A stretch of DNA of 62,992 nt, the filler included, from Basidioascus undulatus (Eukaryota): the NCBI GenBank assembly GCA_000826855.1. It is 3 parts of 3 records of this genome, joined end to end, with 100 filler letters (N's around TTAATTAATTAA, not from the genome) between each part and the next. Parts side by side here need not be neighbours in the genome. Positions count along the whole stretch, not along the records: positions 21,046 to 41,987 come from JTLS01000354.1; 2 more parts are not named here. One strand, given 5' to 3'. Under the pieces are notes generated by a model. The model searched no databases, was not told the origin of the DNA, and saw only the letters and a list, made by a program, of their open reading frames with translations. Shown here in pieces: positions 25,786 to 38,926 of this stretch. Position numbers and translations under genes: made by a program. How positions within the stretch are numbered: the stretch's first letter is position 1; every line of letters starts with the position of its first letter.

Positions 25786-28371
25786 CTACAAGCAGACCTG
25801 CACCCGGCCTTCCGCCGCTCCCAGAGCACGCTCGACAATCTGCGCCTGCATAACTGCAACCACCCACCTCTCCCCATACCGCTGCAGCGCCCGAATGCAG
25901 AGCAGCGTCGACTTGCGCAGGCGGTCCACCTCTTTCGATGCGCGCCGCTGGGCAGCGGCAGCCATGGCGCGCGCCGAGTGCTGGCCTGCGCGAGTCCAGC
26001 AGAGGCTTTTCGATGCCGAAAGGATGGGGTTCAGAGGGGTGGGGCTGGATGGGAATGGGGAGAGTGGGAAGGGGGAAGGCGTACGTGTTGGAGCAGTGCA
26101 GCCGGGAAGGGTCGTACCGCGGGTTACGAAGGATGGCGGTAATAAGAGCAACTATCTCCGCAGCGGCGCTGTCGCAGACGGTCCGAGATTCCTCGTCGTA
26201 CTCGACGTGCGCCTCGTGCAAGAGTAGCCACGCCCTGCTCTTCCGACCCAGTCAGCGTGCCGCGCAACTGCGCGTAGTTTTAAACGATCGAAACGCACAT
26301 CGGCGCGACCGTCCTCGCCGTCATGCGCGCCTCCTCAGCAAACGACCACGCCCTGCACGGATCTCCCTGGCCCTCAACCCAGAAGTTCGGACGCGCGGTA
26401 ACCCACTCGGGAAGGCTCGCTCGGAACGTGCGGATGAGCGCGTCGAGGTCCTTGAACACGGCGGAGGCGCGCACGGCGGCGAGGCGGTCCGGCCCGGGGT
26501 GTGCGGACTCGCGCGATACGGGGTCGTTGAGCCGCGATGCCCGCCCGGCGAGCACCATCGCTTTGGCAAGGACGCCGTGCGGGCCAATGGAGCGCGGGTG
26601 GTGCAGGAATGTGTTTCGGCTTTGGAGAGTTTGGGAGGAGGAGTGGGGAGGGTCGAGGGGGTGCTGTGGCGGAGGGGACTCGTCAGCTGGTGTGGGATAA
26701 TGAAGGGATCTTGGAGAATGAACAAGCGAACGCACATCTAGGCCGGGGAGCGTGAACGCCGTGGTGACCTCCTCGTTCCCAACGCTGCACGTCGGCCACA
26801 GGCTGACGACGCTGGTCGCTCGACTGCGCCAGACCGAAATCCCTCGGTTAGCATCCTGCCAGCACAGAGCCTCCGAATGAAGTGAAAATAGACACACGCG
26901 CAAATGAAAACGCTCCACCATAAACTGAGCGCCTGCGCCTGGTCCTGCAGTGTCGCTGGCTCGTGCAGCAAGGTCATCCGCGTGCCGGGCACGAAGAGCT
27001 GTCCGGCGGAAACGTGGTTGGACGAGCAGCGACGGCCGCCGGAAGCCGCGGCAAGGCGGGCTGGACTGAGTCGGTGCAGCCCGAGAGCCATCGCGAGCTT
27101 GAAACCTGCGCGGGGTGGAGGAAGAGGTGAGAATGAGTAGGGTGGTGGAAAGGTGGCGGGGACGCACCTGCGCCGATGCTGATCCAGCCAGAGCAGACGT
27201 CCGAAAGGCCGTAAGAATGGTACTGGGCCAGAAGTTTTAGTAGAATCAAGGTCTAATATTTCTTGAAAACAACGGGAAACGCACACCGAGGAGGAAATAA
27301 GCGCGCAACACGTCGAGCAGATGCCTTTCTCATCCCTTTCATTCAGCTGCACACAGCGAAAACAAAGACATGCCGAAGGTACCGATCTTGGTCGAGTGCC
27401 CCATTCAAGTGGTCCATCGCTTTCCTCACAAACGTCTGCTCAAGCGACAGCAACGCCGGCTCGCCGCTGAGGCGCGCGGCGCACGTGTAGATGGCGAAGA
27501 GGAGGCAAGGGTGCGGGCGCCTGGGGTGCCGAAGCGGGAGGTCGAGCGACACATAGAGCGCGGGAGCGTCAAGGATTGTAGATGCGTAGAGGCTTTTGAA
27601 GAAGATATCGAAGCTGTTCGTGTGCAGTGAGCGAATCAGCGATTCAGGCCGCTGGGGACAGAGAGGAGGTGTGACGCACAGCTGCTTGGAGAGGTCCCAG
27701 GGGATCTCGTCGTGTAGGTCGATCTCAAAGATGCCCGGAATCTCCCACTGTGTGGGTTTGGGGGGGATGAATGCTTCTAGGCCAAAGGTGGAGACGATGA
27801 TGGCTTCTTTCGGGAGGGCAGCGGGTATGTCGGGCCGCGTCGAGGCTGTGTAGCTCAAGGGTGACGAGGAGCCTGGTAGCCCCCATTGAGTGTTTAAGGA
27901 TTATAACCGGTGATGAAGATATGGATTTATCGTACTGGAGGAAGTGTCACCGGTGCCGGTGAGAGATCCAGCGCTGCTCTCGGGCGGAGATTCGAGCTCC
28001 TTCAGGGCCGTCTCGAGCTCGGCTGCGAGCACAGAAATAGTACCTCGATGAGCCTCTCGCGGAATGAAGGCTCTCCGGAAAAGCTAAGAGCTTACCGATC
28101 TTCCTATTCAGTTGTACGATCTTCCCTCCCCGCCGCTCGTAGCCGCACGCGTACCTGCGCGACTTCGCGCAGTTGCGGCAGATGGGTTTTGCAGTGTCGC
28201 ACTTCTGCAAAAACATACAGCGTAGAGTTAGGTTGAGTTGAGTATGTTGTAGGAGGAGATATTTGGGTGTTGCGAAGAAGGGAAGGGGATGGGACTTGCA
28301 AGCTTCCGTACATGACAGCTGTCACACGCGGCGCCATAGCGGATGGTCGAGGACTTGGAGGGTGTGGGCAT
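25786..28371 (-). CDS. Zn(II)2Cys6 transcription factor
   Basis: MPTPSKSSTIRYGAACDSCHVRKL|KCDTAKPICRNCAKSRRYAC, with the first intron GC-AG. Middle region RRPHPCLLFAIYTCAARLS, AMALGLHRL, LWWSVF. Ends ...GRVQVCL* at 25786. Confidence 0.88.
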
Positions 28372-29134
28372 GGCAGCGAAAGGCGAGACTCAGTAAAGAG
28401 TTGGGCAGAGCGCGAGATGCGAGATGACTGGCCAGGAAAGCTCTTACGGCAAGAGGCGCTAGGTCGGCTCTCGGACTTCTGCGGGGCGCGTCCACAAGAC
28501 CGCGGCCATCATCTTGGTCCGCCTGCGTCGCCGCATGCGTGGGCTTCTGCTGCAGGCATGCAGTAAGCTTGTGTTGGCACATGCCAACGTAGTATGCATG
28601 CGCTGCTGTGGTTCTTCGCGTATCCCACCCTACGAAATGCGTCTACACTCGAAGTTGTCGAGTCGCGGTGCAAGGGCGGATTCTTCCCGCCAGCCTCTTA
28701 TCTTCTCCAGCTAAGCCGCGGTAGCCGCGCCCCCCTCCGTTTCCATCCATTTACTGATGTTCTTGTTCGTTTCTCCTTGAAAATGAATATTCGAAGTTTT
28801 GCAGCAAAAGTGTTTTGATGTAGCTGTGGCGCCTGCAAGTGGGGCCGCGGGGGTCGAGACCGGGCAAGGAACAAACGCGTCATGAGGCGCCTCGCGACGG
28901 AGCGAGCTTCGAGCGTCGAGCTGGTCGATCCCCTTCGTCCAACGCTACTCTCTTCCTCAACTTCTCTCATCACAGAAATCAACGAAATACCCCTTTGACT
29001 TGTAAGAGGCATTTAAACCATAAACAAAGCATATCTCGAGTACTCACAGGAGAGCTATCACGCTTCTCGCCCCTTGACCCCTTCAAACCCCACACGCAGC
29101 CGTTTGCCCTCCCCCTCGCACTCGGTCGCTCAAC

Positions 29135-32100
29135 ATGGCCAAGGGCAAGATGTCCACCAGCGGGCCGATATCTGCCGTAAAAGACGCGCTGATGGCCGCG
29201 ACATCTACCGGCAAAGTCGCAGGGAGCCACGCAAAGTCCACCGCGTCCGCAGCGACTTCCTCCTCCGCCGCGCCCAAGTCCAGCAGCAAGGCCAAGAACC
29301 TTCCCACGATCGACACCAGCTCCGGCGTGGCCCCGACGCCGCGCGGCCCGCCCACGCCCGCGGATGAGGGGCTGTTCGACTTCAAGACCGTCTCCGGCCA
29401 ACCGTGGCTCGAGTGGTTCGAGAAGGGCGCGGTGGGCGAGGGCGGCGTGGATGGGAAGGTCCTCGTGCATCTGCTGCAGCTGGAGGACGATGGTGGGCCG
29501 AGCAAGGAGAAGGCGGTGCGTTTCTCTGTTCATGACATGCGTGCTGCTTGTAGGGTGGCTGACTAGAGTTGGGCAGCGTAGTACGTCCGTCTTCCCGCGC
29601 CGACCAATCCGCCGTACATCCTCCGGCTCCAGCTCGACGCGGGCTCCAAGGCGAGCAAGGACGGTGTCCTCCGTACCAACTTTTCTCTGGACGGCGGGAA
29701 GTTCGACCGACACAAGATCTCCGGGCGGCGGTGGGCATCCTCTTTCTTCCCTGCTCCCCTGAATCCACTCGCTGATCCGTTCTGTCCACTTCCCCAGTCT
29801 CCCCGACGACGTCTCCAGGCCGATCACGATCGACCTGCCCATCCTGCAAGCCGGTGCATTCACATTCTGGCTCGAGTACACTTCGACGGAGACGGGCGAG
29901 CGCGTCCAGTCCCGCCCGGGCTACTTCAACGTCGACCCGCTCCTGACGCTCCCGCGGCGAGCGCCTATCCTCGGCGACGCGCCGCTCGCGCTGAGCAAGA
30001 AGGGCGCGCCCGGTGGGCAGGTCCAGCAGGGCAAAAAGGAGGTCCAGCTGTCGCTCGACGGACTGGTCGTGCTGTCGCTTATCGCCAAGTGGCTCGGTAC
30101 CGTCGACGAGTGGGAGCCTTACCTCACTGAGGCGAGTAGGCGCGGGTACAACATGTGTGTTTAGATCTTCTCTGTCCGTGAGAGGTGGGCTGACTTGCTG
30201 TGATGCTGCTTGCAGGCTGCACTGGACGCCCCTTCAGCAGCGGGGCGAGTCCGGCTCCCCCTACTCGATCTACGACCAGCTCGCCTTCGACGACGCGCTC
30301 TTCTCGTCGTCCCTGTCCACCCACGAAAAGGCGGACAAGCTCGCCTCCGTGCTCTCCACCATCCGGTCCAAGCACGGCATGCTGAACCTGACGGACGTCG
30401 TGTGGAACCACACTGCGAACAACTCTCCCTGGCTGAACGACCACCCCGAGAGCGGGTACAACCCGGGCCTGAATGCGCCGCACCTCGCGCCCGCGCTCGA
30501 GCTCGACACGGCGCTCATGGACTTCTCCGGGCGCCTCGCGGCGCTCGGGCTCCCGACGGAGCTCAGGAGCGCGGAGGACCTCGCGCGCGTGATGCAAGCA
30601 GTGGAGGACGAGGTGTTGGCTAAGCTCAGGCTCTGGGAGTTCTACGTCCTCGACGTCGAGGCGGAGAAGGCGCGCGTGAAGGCTGCGTGGCCCGCGGCGG
30701 ATGGCGCGGCGGCGGAGGAGGAGTGGCCCGAGGACGCGCGCGGCGGATCGGCCGCCGACGTCGCGCGCGCGCTGAAGGAGGCGGACGGCGCGCTCGTCGG
30801 CTTTCTCGACCTCCACGATCGCTTTGCTGCCATCGCGGACCCCAAGCGGGCAGTCGCCCTCGTCAAGGCTGCGTGGCCAGGCGTGTCGAGCGCGGACGAG
30901 GCTGCCGCCAAGTGGGGCGAGGTCGTGGACGCGCTGAACGTAGACGGGTATGCGCTCTGGGTGCGTTGTGACTGGCTGTTGTGTTCGCGGTACTTTTGGG
31001 CTGACTTGCAGGGGCGCATAGGACGACGACAAGAAGGCCATCCTTAGCAACCTCGAGGGCCGCGCGCGCTACACCCGTCTGGACGAGCACGGGCCGAAGC
31101 TGGGCGAGATCTCTGAGAAGTATATCCATAGCATTGTGTGGTCTTCCGGGATAGGAGCTGATCGGTGGTGGCCGTGTAGGAACCCCCTGAACGAGACGTA
31201 CTTCACCCGCCTGAAGCCCAAGGCGGGCGGGTCTTCTGATCCCCGCAGTCTGGCGCTCGCGAACAACGTGCGTCCTCCCTCATTCCCACTGCTCCTCTCC
31301 TTTAAGCTCTACGCTGACCTCGCCACCCGCCGAGCAGGGCTGGATCTGGAACGCGAATCCGCTGCAGGACTTTGCGTCGCCGCCGTCGCGCGCGTACCTC
31401 CGCCGGGAGGTGATCGTCTGGGGCGACTGCGTCAAGCTGCGGTACGGGCGCGGGCCGGAGGACAACCCGTGGCTATGGGAGCACATGACGACGTACACAC
31501 AGCTCCTCGCGCGCATGTTTGACGGCTTCCGCATCGACAACTGCCACTCGACGCCGCTCCACGTCGGGGAGTACCTCCTCGACAAGGCGCGCGTCGCGAA
31601 CCCGAATATCTAGTGCGTTGAAGGAGCGGGGTGAGAGGGTAGGGCGAGCGTCCTGATTGTTGGGGTGGGGAGGACAGTGTCTGTGCGGAGCTGTTTACCG
31701 GTAGCGAGGAGATGGACCTCCACTTCGTTTCGCGCCTCGGCGTCAACTCCCTCATCCGCGAGCTCTTCAACGGCCACGACCCCAAGGAGCAGTCAAGGCT
31801 GCTGTACCGCTTCGGCGTCGGCAAGCCTGTTGGTAGGTCTCGGATCTCGCCCTTTCCCGTCCGCCGGGCTGCCATGGTGCTGATCTGCGCTCTGTCCCCC
31901 AGGCTCGATGGACGATGCCTGCCTCTCGGAGACGTCCACGCTCGTCTCCCCAACAGGCAAGGGCCCGGACCGCCCGTGCCTCATCGTCCCGCACGCAGGG
32001 TCCGCGCCGCACGCGCTCCTCTTCGACCAGACGCACGACAACGAGTCGCCCTTGTCGAAGCGCACCGCGGAGGATGCGCTCGCGTCCGGCGCGCTCGCGA

Positions 32101-35100
32101 GCTTCTCGTTCTCTGCAATCGGAAGTAACAAAGGCTTCGACGACCTTTATCCGAAGCTCCTCAACCTCGTCAGTGAGACGCGCAAGTACGAGCGCTACGA
32201 GGACGAGAGCAACGGGATTGGCGCGGTCAAGCGCGTGCTTAACCATCTGCATGCGGAGATGGTCCTCAATGGGTACTCGGAGGGGCACGTTCACCAGGAG
32301 ATCCAGGTGCGTTGGCGAACGGTACCCGATGCGGACGCGCGCTAGGAGCGAAGATTGATGGCCTTCGCTTCGCCTCCAGTACACGCACATCCACCGCGTT
32401 CACCCTCAGACCCACCGCGGGTACTTCCTCGTCGCGCACACCGCCTTCTTCCCTCGCGGAAAGAGCCGCGGCGACAGTACGCGTATGCGCTGCTTCGACG
32501 TATTTGAAAAAGAGCTCACCCTCTCCTCCCCGTAGTCTCCCCCATCCAGCTCCGCGGTACCAAAGCGCGCTTCATCCTCGGCGCGTCGATCGACATCTCC
32601 TCGTACGACGATCCGTCCGACACCTCAACGATCAAGGGCCTCCCGCACAAGCTCGTCGACGTCCTGGCGCCGCCCGTGCAGGAGAGCGCGGACAGCGACG
32701 GCCGGTTCACCGAGATCCGCGTGCCGGACGAGTTCCCGCCGGGGAGCATCATGGTGTTCGAGACGTGGATGGAGGACATCGACGAGAGCCTCGACGCACT
32801 GTGCAAGAAAGGTGCGGACGACGCCGTCAAGGACCTCGGGCTCGTCGAGCTCAACGTCGTCCTCCACCGCACGGACGGCGAGGAGAAGGACGCAACGGGT
32901 GCGTTCGACTGACTCGGTTGCCTATTGGCCTGAGAGCTGGCACTGACTTTGTGATGCCTTGCTGCAGACGGCGAGATTGGCGGGTACGACGTCCCCGGCT
33001 ACGGGCAGCTCGCGTACTGCGGTCTCGAGGGGTGGATACAGCCCCTCCGGCACGTCATCAGCTACAACGACCTCGGGCACGCGCTCTCCGCCCACCTCCG
33101 CGAGGGAACCTGGGCACTCGACTACATCCAACAGCGTCTTGAGCGGCGCGTCTTTAATCTCTAACACGGTGGTTGAGGATGTCGGCTCATATCTTTGGCG
33201 TTCACCCACAGCCAACTCGACACGTTCCCCGCGGTCGCGAAGCAGGCTGAGTGGTTCAAGGAGCGCTTCGACATCATCAAGCGCAAGGTGCCGTCGTCCA
33301 TGAGGCCCAAATACTTTGCGATCGTAGTCAACGAAGGGGTGAGTCTTCAGATGCTGCTTCACGATCAATCGAGCGATGAAGGTGACCTGGCGAGTATCAC
33401 CTGCAGTACAAAGCATCCGTCCGTCGCGTCTTCGCGCTCATGTCGGACCTCGTCAAGGAGGGCCCGACGTTCACCAAGGAACTGGCGCTCGGTATGTCTC
33501 CTATCTCACATCGAGCGTTTGAATCGCTTTGACTCACTATCTGTTGCCTGGCAGTCGCCGTCCAGATGCACGGGCAGGTGCAGTCCGCTTCGCTCGACCC
33601 GGGCAAGCCGACGCCGTCGCTTGCTGCTGGCCTGCCGCACTTCAGCGCTGGCTGGGCGCGTGTCTGGGGTCGCGGTACGTTTCAGAATCATCTCTGGCGC
33701 AGCAATTCCTCTTTGCTAAACGTGATCGATGCAGACGTCTCCATCAGCATGCGTGGCTTGTTCCTGGTCACCGGTGCGCACGAGGCGGCCCGGCAGCACA
33801 TATTGGCGTAAGCATACCTTGGCTGCGCGTCGAAGCGAAACGGTGGCCTGACAGCTTCGTCACAGGTTCTGCTCGACGCTGAAGCACGGCCTTATCCCGA
33901 ATCTCATCGACTCCATCCGTACGCCTCGCTACAACTCGAGGTGATTACCTTTTTTCTGCCAGGAGTGCACCTGCGCGTCCGCTTACACCAGGGTTCGCAC
34001 TATAGGGACTCGCCTTGGTGGCTCCTGCAGAACATCCAGGACTACACCCTATTGGTCCCGAACGGCGAGCGAATCCTGAACGACTCCGTCAAGCGCCGCT
34101 TCCCGCTCGACGATACGTGGGTCCCGTGGGACGATGCGCGCGCGTACTCGCACTCGAGCACTGTCGCCGAGGTCGTCCAGGAGATCCTGCAGCGCCACGC
34201 AAGCGGCATCCACTTCCGCGAGTACAACGCGGGACCGAACCTCGACCAGGACATGCGCGACGAGGGCTTCAACATCGACGTCGACGTCGACTGGAAGACG
34301 GGCTTTGTCAAGGGCGGGAACCGGTATGCTTGTCATGCTTTTATCGCCTCTGACGTCTACTGAGGCTGATTGTCTGGGTGATCAGCTTCAACTGCGGCAC
34401 CTGGATGGTAGGCCGCAACGCAAACTTGCTCGGAAGAGACATTCCGCTGACACTGCAGTTGCGCTTACAGGACAAAATGGGCTCGTCTGCGAAGGCCGGC
34501 AACAAGGGCTTCCCTGCGACTCCGCGCGACGGCGCCCCGGTCGAGATCACCGGTCTCGTCTACAGCTCGCTTCGGTGGTTTGAGGGTCTTGCCAAACGTA
34601 GCAAGATCCCGTGGAAGGGTGTTAAGGCGACGAGTGCGTCTTTAGGCGTTTCTCGTTTGACGGACGGTCTACTTACCCGTACTCGCTACACGCTCAGTCG
34701 AAGGCAAGGAGGTCCTGGTGACGTACGGCGAGTGGGCGCAGAAGATTAAGGACAACTTCGAGCGGCATTACTACATCCCTACCAGTCCGTTATCTTCCTC
34801 TGGGCTGTTCTGCTGTGGACTGCGCTTACTGACATACTTTTCACGCAGACCCTGCTGACGACAGCAAGTACGTCTTGGACCCGTCGCTCGTCAACAAGCG
34901 TGGTATCTACAAGGACGTCTATGGCACGCCTGCCGACCGCGCGTGGAGCGACTACCAGGTGAGAACTGCCTGCTGAGCATTTCCTCACGCTGCTGTTGGC
35001 CCTTACCCCTTCCAATCGGCAGCTTCGCGCACAATACCCGATTGCGGCCACCGTCGCACCGGACCTTTTCAACCCACAGCACGCGCTGGGCGCGCTCAAG

Positions 35101-35806
35101 GTCGCGGAGAAGTACCTGCTCCCCGAGCTCGGCATGCGCACGCTCGACCCCGAAGACATGCAGTACCGCCCGTACGTGCTCAGTGGCCTAACAAGCATCA
35201 ATGAACCGTGCTCACCTTCTCTTCGTATGCAGGTATTACGACAACAGCAACGACTCGGATGACATCTCGATCGCCAAGGGCTGGAACTACCACAACGGAC
35301 CGGCATGGGGTAAGTGTCGCATCGAAGCGTCGTTAAGCATTACCCTGACCATAAGACGGCACGACAGGCTGGCCCGTTGGGTACCTGCTCAGGGCGTACC
35401 TGAAGTTCTCCCGGCTGGCCGGCGAGGTAAGCTGCTCGTTTGACCGCCTCGACTGCACGGGCGCTCATCCACGCTTCCACATTCAGAACATCGACGCAAC
35501 CATTCACCACCTCAGCCAAATCGTTGCACCGTACAAGCCGGGCCTCGAGCGCGAAAACTTCCGCGGTCTGGCAGAGCTGTGGCAGGGCGACGGGTCGTGT
35601 AAGCCTTGGCTCATCGCACACGCCCGCAACTTTCATTGACACCTTTTCATCTACAGTCTGCTACGACTCCTGCAGGTCACAAGCAGTACGTCAATGTTGT
35701 CTTTCTGGATACGGAAGATTGCTGATGATTGGTGCTGCGGCTGTAGTGGTCGGCTTCGACGATGCTCGACTTCCTGGACGATGTCCGCGCGATCACGGCG
35801 GAGTAG
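29135..35806 (+). CDS. GDB1: Glycogen debranching enzyme (4-alpha-glucanotransferase / amylo-1,6-glucosidase)
   Basis: [120 protein letters not shown]. Stop TAG at 35804-35806. Confidence 0.97.
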
Positions 35807-36189
35807 AAAAGGGTCGGCGGTACACGGACAGTTTTCTTGAGCGTTTGAAGGGATTTTTCTATTGTGGATATTTCAGGTGTAGATGTATTGTAACATATCA
35901 GCGTGATACCTCTTCATGATTCATGGGTTGACACGACAGCGTTGTTTCAACACGTTCGTCACAATGTCCTATTTTCCCAGTCACCACATCTGGGTATCCA
36001 GGCCGCGATACCATACGAGCCTCTAGAGGTGTTCCAATACCAGGGCAGCAGTCATCGAACAACGTCCATCAAGCAGGGGCAAATCCAGAGAGGGTGATGT
36101 CAGGTGATTTCAGATTCCCCTCGTCAAGGAGGTTGGTCTGTTGGCTGCCCTTGTTTCCCAAAACCAACCCCCTGCGACACTCAGCCGCC

Positions 36190-36546
36190 ATGGACGCCTT
36201 GCGTCACTGTCTTCCTCTCCATCTCCCGCATATTGGTAAGGCGAAGCAGGCCCGCGACCCCGTAGGGCAGCCGGGAGATCGACGCGATGAGGGCATGCTA
36301 GTTTACGCTTCGAGCGCCGCCGGCGGAGAGTACCATGGCGAGGTCTGTGTCCACCTCGGACTCACTTTTTAGAAGAAACTCATAAACTGCTCTTCTTCCA
36401 CGTAGGACGATGAGAGTGGCCTCTCGCTCATCCGCAACAAGGGCAGTTCTGAAGAGGCGCAGCGCGGCAGCGCAGCCGCATGCTCTGGGCCGCGCCAGAA
36501 TGAATCGCCGCCGGGAAGTTTTGAGAGCAATACGAGCTCTCGGTAG
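36190..36546 (+). CDS. Possible small two-exon hypothetical protein (97 aa)
   Basis: GCCGCCATGG start context. A phase-0 intron at 36343-36405 joins MDALRHC...EYHGE to DDESGLSLIRNK...SSR*. Confidence 0.35.
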
Positions 36547-37621
36547 AGCAATGGAGATAAAGGCTTGTGATAGATGCAGGTGCGCCGGAGATTGCGGCGG
36601 TTAGCAAGTAGAGTGCAGGCTTCACTGCGGGCGCAGCTCTCTCCCATGAGAACAGGATGAAAGGACAGGGATGTACCCGGGTCTTTGTTGAGACGGGAAA
36701 TGTCGATAAAAACTACACCCCAGGCGTCTTCGCGATGAGAAAAAGAGCTTCGTTCCGAAAGCACCAGGTGCAAACCCGAGCCTGCCACAGCCTCTGATCA
36801 GGAACCCGATCATAGGGTACTGCCAACAATGCACGGCTCAGTACAGTCAGCACGCAAATCGTCCCACGATACCTGTCACGGCTCACACGACAGTAGTATT
36901 GCAGGCTTCAACAGCGGACTGACTCAGCACTGTAGCACCCTTCTCCTGTATTTTCTTCGAGGAGCGAGGCGAGGAAGAGGCACTCCGGTCCGCATCAGCA
37001 ACCTCATTTGAGAACATGCATTATAGACCAAATTTCTGTGCGGATAACGTACCTGTTCAAGTCCTTCTTGAGCGAGAAGTTCGTAGGGCGAGCCCGCAGA
37101 ACGTCGTGGCGGACGGACCGCCGAGACTCTAAGATGTACCTACACTCCACAATGTCGGTCTTCAAAACACGTCATTATTAATTCTCTTCAGTGCTCAGGT
37201 ACAACCCGCTTGCTGAAACGCGAGCGTTTCAGACAAACGTCCGACGCTCAGAAACGCTTTGGAACACGACAGTGCTGTCTGAGACCTGCTGACACTCGAT
37301 AGCCTACGCTCACGCTGGCGGTTTGATCAATGCAACACGCGAATAGTTCATGTTTCTAGTCTTTTCTAAGGCATACAAGTACAAGAGAACGTGTGATAAC
37401 GAGAAGCAAGGCCTGCAAGCGCGGACGGGAGGCTGTGTTGTTAACCCCGCACCCCCTGGCGGCGTTCACGCGACGGATAACTCGATACATACTCGTAGGT
37501 ATCGAATCTTGCGCCTCCTGGTCTGCTTTCCCTAAGGCAATCTTTTGCAGATCCTGGGTCGTCCCCTTCCATAACTTGGACATCACCATCACCGTCTTCC
37601 CCCATACCCACGACTCACCCC

Positions 37622-38926
37622 ATGCGCATAAGCGCACTATCCCTGCTACCCACTGATGTCGGCGGCTATCTCACTTCTCTCAGACGTCTTTTCACTCCCT
37701 CCACTCGTCTAGTAACACCTTTGCCCGTACCCGACCAACCACTTTCGCCTACCCCGAGCCCACATGTAACTCCTCGACAATCTCTCGAACGCCGAAATTC
37801 GGCTCCCTCGAATATTTCGGAGCCAGAGCGACCGATCGTGGCCGCACCGCCGTATCACAGCAAGAATCGGCGAGCGAAGGTACTCAAAAGCTTCTGGAAA
37901 GGAGGAAATGTCAGTTGGGCAAAGATAGCTGGGGAACGCACAGTATGGGACGTTGGCGAGGCCGAGGTCGCCACACAGGAGTGCGTCCTTTTCGTGTGTT
38001 CCATGGCTCAACCCAATTGTACGACCTTCTGGTTTTCGCAGAGCGATTCACTCCCTCATCGGAACCGAAATCTCTTTCTCGCACCAGCTTGACTACGTTC
38101 AGGGCGTACGTTGACGGTGTTCCTGACGCTCAAGGAGCCACCAGCTCAGCATGCTTCCTATTGAGCAGGTGCTCTTGCCGTCTCTTCATGCTGCTCGTCC
38201 TCCGCCTGCTCCAACGAACATACTCTCATTCATCTTCTACAAGCTTCATGTCATTCAGGAAGCACACCAACTGCTCCTCGATCGCCTAGTCGCACATCAG
38301 GTTTCTGCATTCCTCCTCCCTGGCATACATTCTATTTCTACAAGGCTGAACCTCAACCCCACCCGTCGCAGGCGGAACAGTTTCCGATTCTTAAACCAGA
38401 CGCCGTCCTTTCCACTCTCTTGGATTCTCTCCTGCTCGTTCAGGACGGGTACCGCGCCTTCATGGGCCACTTCGAGGAAGCCAAGTTCGCATTGAACGAT
38501 GCGATGACGCTGTACCCTGCCTTTCGCACTTTTCTCGATGTACGCTCCATCCTACTTTCTGAAAGCGTGTATCGTGCTATCAACATGAGTTCATACTGCC
38601 TATGTGCACTACAGCACGCGTCGCGTTCACCAGCCTCGGGCGAGCAGCACCTCCTCGCCCTGCTGCCCACGCCGTTCATACGTCTGCAGGCCTACCGCTC
38701 GCACGTCCTCGACATCCGCCAGCACGTCCGCGACTCGGAGTCCTCCAGCCAGGCCGTCGAGCTCCTCATGGAGATTACGGACGACCTGCTTTCGACACCT
38801 CATAGGCCTGCGAGCGAGCGGGAGTGCTTGGGGGACGCTTGGAGAGCGAGAGAGAGGAGCCTGGCCGCGCCCGCGCTGTGGGGCGTGCGTGAGGAACGGG
38901 CTCGCCAAGAGCCATTTGTCGCATAA
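37622..38926 (+). CDS. Stand-alone divergent DH (RhoGEF) domain protein; start approximate
   Basis: Splicing gives EAEVATQE|AIHSLIGTEISFSHQL (CR1-like), IFYKLHVIQEAHQLLLDRL, YRAFMGHFEEAKFAL, PAFRTFLD and LLALLPTPFIRLQAYRSHVLDI (CR3-like). Confidence 0.65.

Noticed and set aside
37213..37232. 9-bp inverted repeat CTGAAACGC-GA-GCGTTTCAG
   Set aside because: It is isolated, with no Helitron CTRR end or other supporting structure.
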